A stretch of 9,715 nucleotides of DNA, taken from Paraspadella gotoi (Eukaryota > Animalia > Chaetognatha). Below the pieces are notes generated by a model. It was not told the origin of the DNA, did no database searches, and saw nothing but the letters and a program-made list of their open reading frames with translations. The translations under genes were made by a program, and so were the position numbers. Below, piece after piece: positions 7,426 through 9,715 of this stretch (positions are counted from its first letter, which is position 1; each line of letters begins with the position of its first letter). Location of the stretch: positions 1 through 9,715 of the forward strand of contig JBJCIZ010000233.1 in NCBI GenBank assembly GCA_051294375.1, read 5' to 3'.

Positions 7426-7683
7426 TTTGTAAACAAATATGATTGGTTTATATTTAAATTTATATTTATATTTAGGCAAATAAGAACGGAAATACGGATT
7501 ACGACTAGAGTTTATGTCGCAAGCAAATAAACCAATAAATCGATGAAACTCTCAAAATCAACTCAACAATAAAAATGAATTATTTAATCTATCAATGCAA
7601 TCTATTAGTGAGTCAGATCATCAATCACTCCAAAGATAAAACCAATCAATTCAAATCAATCATGCAATCACTCGTTTTGTTAC

Positions 7684-7934
7684 GAAATTTAAGTCTTAGA
7701 ATGTAACGCGGAATCTCAGAGGGCGCGAGGAAACGGTCTCCATCGTCCTTCCTTCACGTTCGCCTCCATCGTCGCTTTCTTGGATAAGAATCAACGTGCA
7801 AACGCTTCGTGTCGATGATGAATCTGAGACGAATCGGAAGGGGAGCGGTGACGCGAGAGCGTGGACATCGAGAGCGTGACCAAGAGGGCGTGACAAGAAG
7901 GGCGTGACGAGAGAGTGAGAATGCAGAAGGGTCG
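7684..7934 (-). CDS. Putative exon of the same host gene; indel-disrupted
   Basis: Branch-like CTAAC then AAAG| at 7935/7934; donor C|GTAACA at 7684/7683; protein-like pieces LPIRLRFIIDTKRLHVDSYP and EIPRYILRLKF. Confidence 0.42.
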
Positions 7935-7998
7935 CTTTTCGTGATAGATAGATTGTTAGAAAGTCCATTTATGACAGAGGAAGTATTGGAGATGAAAG

Positions 7999-8080
7999 CT
8001 CTCTCTCTCTCTCTCTCGTCAACTCTCTCTCATCTCTCTCTCTCTCTCTCTCATTCCCTCTCTCTATCTCTCTCTCTATC
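7999..8080. repeat. (CT)n microsatellite
   Basis: Imperfect CT run. Confidence 0.92.
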
Positions 8081-8089
8081 TGCCCTCAC

Positions 8090-8280
8090 TTGTCAGTCTT
8101 CCCGGCAAGACCGTCACTATGAACCCCTCTCCAGTTTCCAGCTTCAACTCTTCGCTCTGATAATCTAGTTCGAGTTTGAGGATGGTTCTCCGTCACTCTT
8201 CGCCCGTAGTGAGTCCCACATTCGATATTCCAAGTTGATAAAACGAAGAAGAAAAAACTTCGAGCGCTTCCCTTCATCAC
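8090..8280 (-). CDS. Putative 191-nt exon of the same host gene
   Basis: Strong acceptor (CT-rich tract, GCTCTTCCAG|) at 8281/8280; donor CAA|GTGAGG at 8090/8089; one frame is open throughout (ORF 8086-8292). Confidence 0.55.
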
Positions 8281-8297
8281 CTGGAAGAGCACAGAAC

Positions 8298-8377
8298 GAG
8301 AGACGAGAGATGTAGAGAGAGGAGAGAGAGATGGAGGTTAGACGAGGGAATGAGAGAGAGAAGAGAGAGAGAGAGAG
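8298..8377. repeat. (GA)n microsatellite
   Basis: Imperfect GA run. Confidence 0.88.
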
Positions 8378-8734
8378 CGTTTCATTCTATTTGTCTGGAA
8401 AATTAATTCCAAGCTTTTGCTGGTTAACATAATTGTAGTTTTGAGATCATCGAATCTTTTAATATTAAATGTAATTTTATACGAAATATTTTAAAAGTAA
8501 TATCAGGGACCGGAACAACAATTTTAATACTTTTCCTTCTACTCACTTGAATTCACGAATTTTTTAAAATCTTTAAAACCCGCGTGATCCAAACAAATTA
8601 CACGATGAGCAAAATAAACACACAGCTCTTCCTAAAATGTTCATTGATAATTGAGAATAAAACTTAACTAGATTTTTTTTATCAATATTTTAAAGATACC
8701 GTCAACAAAAAAGCGATCGCATTCTCGAATTCTA

Positions 8735-9211
8735 CTGAATGGGCAGCAACGGCGGCTGATTAGAGTTCACGACGTTCACAACCAGATTAACACTGTCGTC
8801 CCGACGAAAAGGCGACTGTGACAATTCCGTGTCGCAAATGGCATCCTCGTACGTCGTTTCGTATCAACCACATTCAGGGATTCAACGTATTTCACCAGAT
8901 CACGATCAGTGGAGGCCCTACACATTCACATTCGTCCGTTCCAAAAGAAGAATGAAGAGTCAAAACACACATTCACACAGACCTTTCGTCCGAGAAGAAG
9001 GGAACGGTGACATCCCGTGTCGCCAAATGGCCCACTTCAGTCGTTGTCCGTATCCGAGGGTTTTTTCCTGGCCAGGAAACAGATTGAAGTTGAGTACGAA
9101 TCCGAGACAGTGGACATCCAATTATTCCTTCCTTCGTTCCTGCTCCTTCCTTCCTTCCCTAGGTGCCTTCCATGCCTTCTCTTCCTTCGCTTGATCCAAT
9201 TTCTTCTCCAT
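8735..9211 (-). CDS. Putative 5'-most visible exon of the host gene, with an internal repeat; heavily indel-disrupted, boundaries uncertain
   Basis: ATG at 9211 gives MEKKLDQAKEEEG; protein-like fragments LDVHCLGFVLNFNLFPGQEKTLGYGQRLKWAIWRHG and DRDLVKYVESLNVVDT; two similar ~46-nt blocks 189 nt apart. Confidence 0.35.
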
Positions 9212-9519
9212 TTCTCTTTTTCTTTTTAATTAATGAATTAATGAGATACGCAGAGGTTAAAAACGCTGAAAGGAATTTCGGTTTCATTCATGTCAACTTT
9301 TAGGTGAAAAAATGGGATTCGTTTTAACGAGTGACAAAACGGGGAAGTGAACATTTGAGATTTCTGAACCTCGCAAATAGGCAGAAATCACTGAAGGAAA
9401 ACTCTGACTTATACTATATCAGTCTTATTGGTGGTTGGCATCCATTACTGGTATTTGTCTATAAGTTATATGACAATACAGTTAGATGCTCACCACCCTT
9501 CAAGAAGCCCCGCACAAAT

Positions 9520-9705
9520 ACCCCACACGGATGACAGAAAATAATCTATCACAAGAGCCGATGACATATCTATCCCAGGTGACAGTACTGCTATTCACGG
9601 ATGACAGGTAAAACTAGGTCACAGATGTGGACGGATGACCTATTACAAAATGAAGAGTAACCTATCACAGTTAAAGCGAATACCGGCACCACAGAATGAC
9701 AACTG
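9520..9705. repeat. Degenerate ~20-25 nt minisatellite (consensus roughly CTATCACAGATGACAGTAA)
   Basis: CTATCAC/CTATCCC/CTATTCAC/CTATTAC alternate with GATGAC/GGTGAC/AATGAC about seven times. Confidence 0.6.
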
Positions 9706-9715
9706 AGATCTTATT

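Noticed and set aside
7300-8168. ORFs 7300-7530 and 7941-8168
   Set aside because: Low-complexity translations of CAAT, TATTG and CT microsatellites.
4792-9715. Second LTR, env gene or RNA gene in the flank
   Set aside because: No second copy of the LTR sequence seen; a 3' LTR or env would lie left of base 1; no rRNA or tRNA signatures recognised.

Overview
Eukaryotic (probably invertebrate) genomic DNA in two parts. Bases 1-4791 are a minus-strand Ty3/Gypsy LTR retrotransposon of the CsRn1-like type. It has a 247-bp 5' LTR (4545-4791, TGTGGCAG...CTGCCACA ends), a tRNA-Trp-like PBS, an A-rich leader and a gag with a CHCC zinc motif (its 5' half broken by single-base indels). A pol frame in -1 to gag (PR-RT-RNase H-IN-GPY/F, then an AT-hook-like/Pro-rich tail) is open from 3267 off the left edge; the ORF track misses it because it has no stop in the window. 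Bases 4792-9715 are AT-rich host DNA with microsatellites, degenerate tandem repeats and about five GC-richer islands. These look like exons of one unidentified minus-strand gene with phase-compatible splice sites but many indels (noisy assembly or decay). The most notable points are a non-canonical -1 frameshift cassette, a DGG protease active site, a long overlapping frame in pol, complementary CT/GA tracts bracketing one exon, and tandem microexon-like copies of an exon end inside a (CAAGT)n array. I do not see firm evidence for a wholly new biological system.
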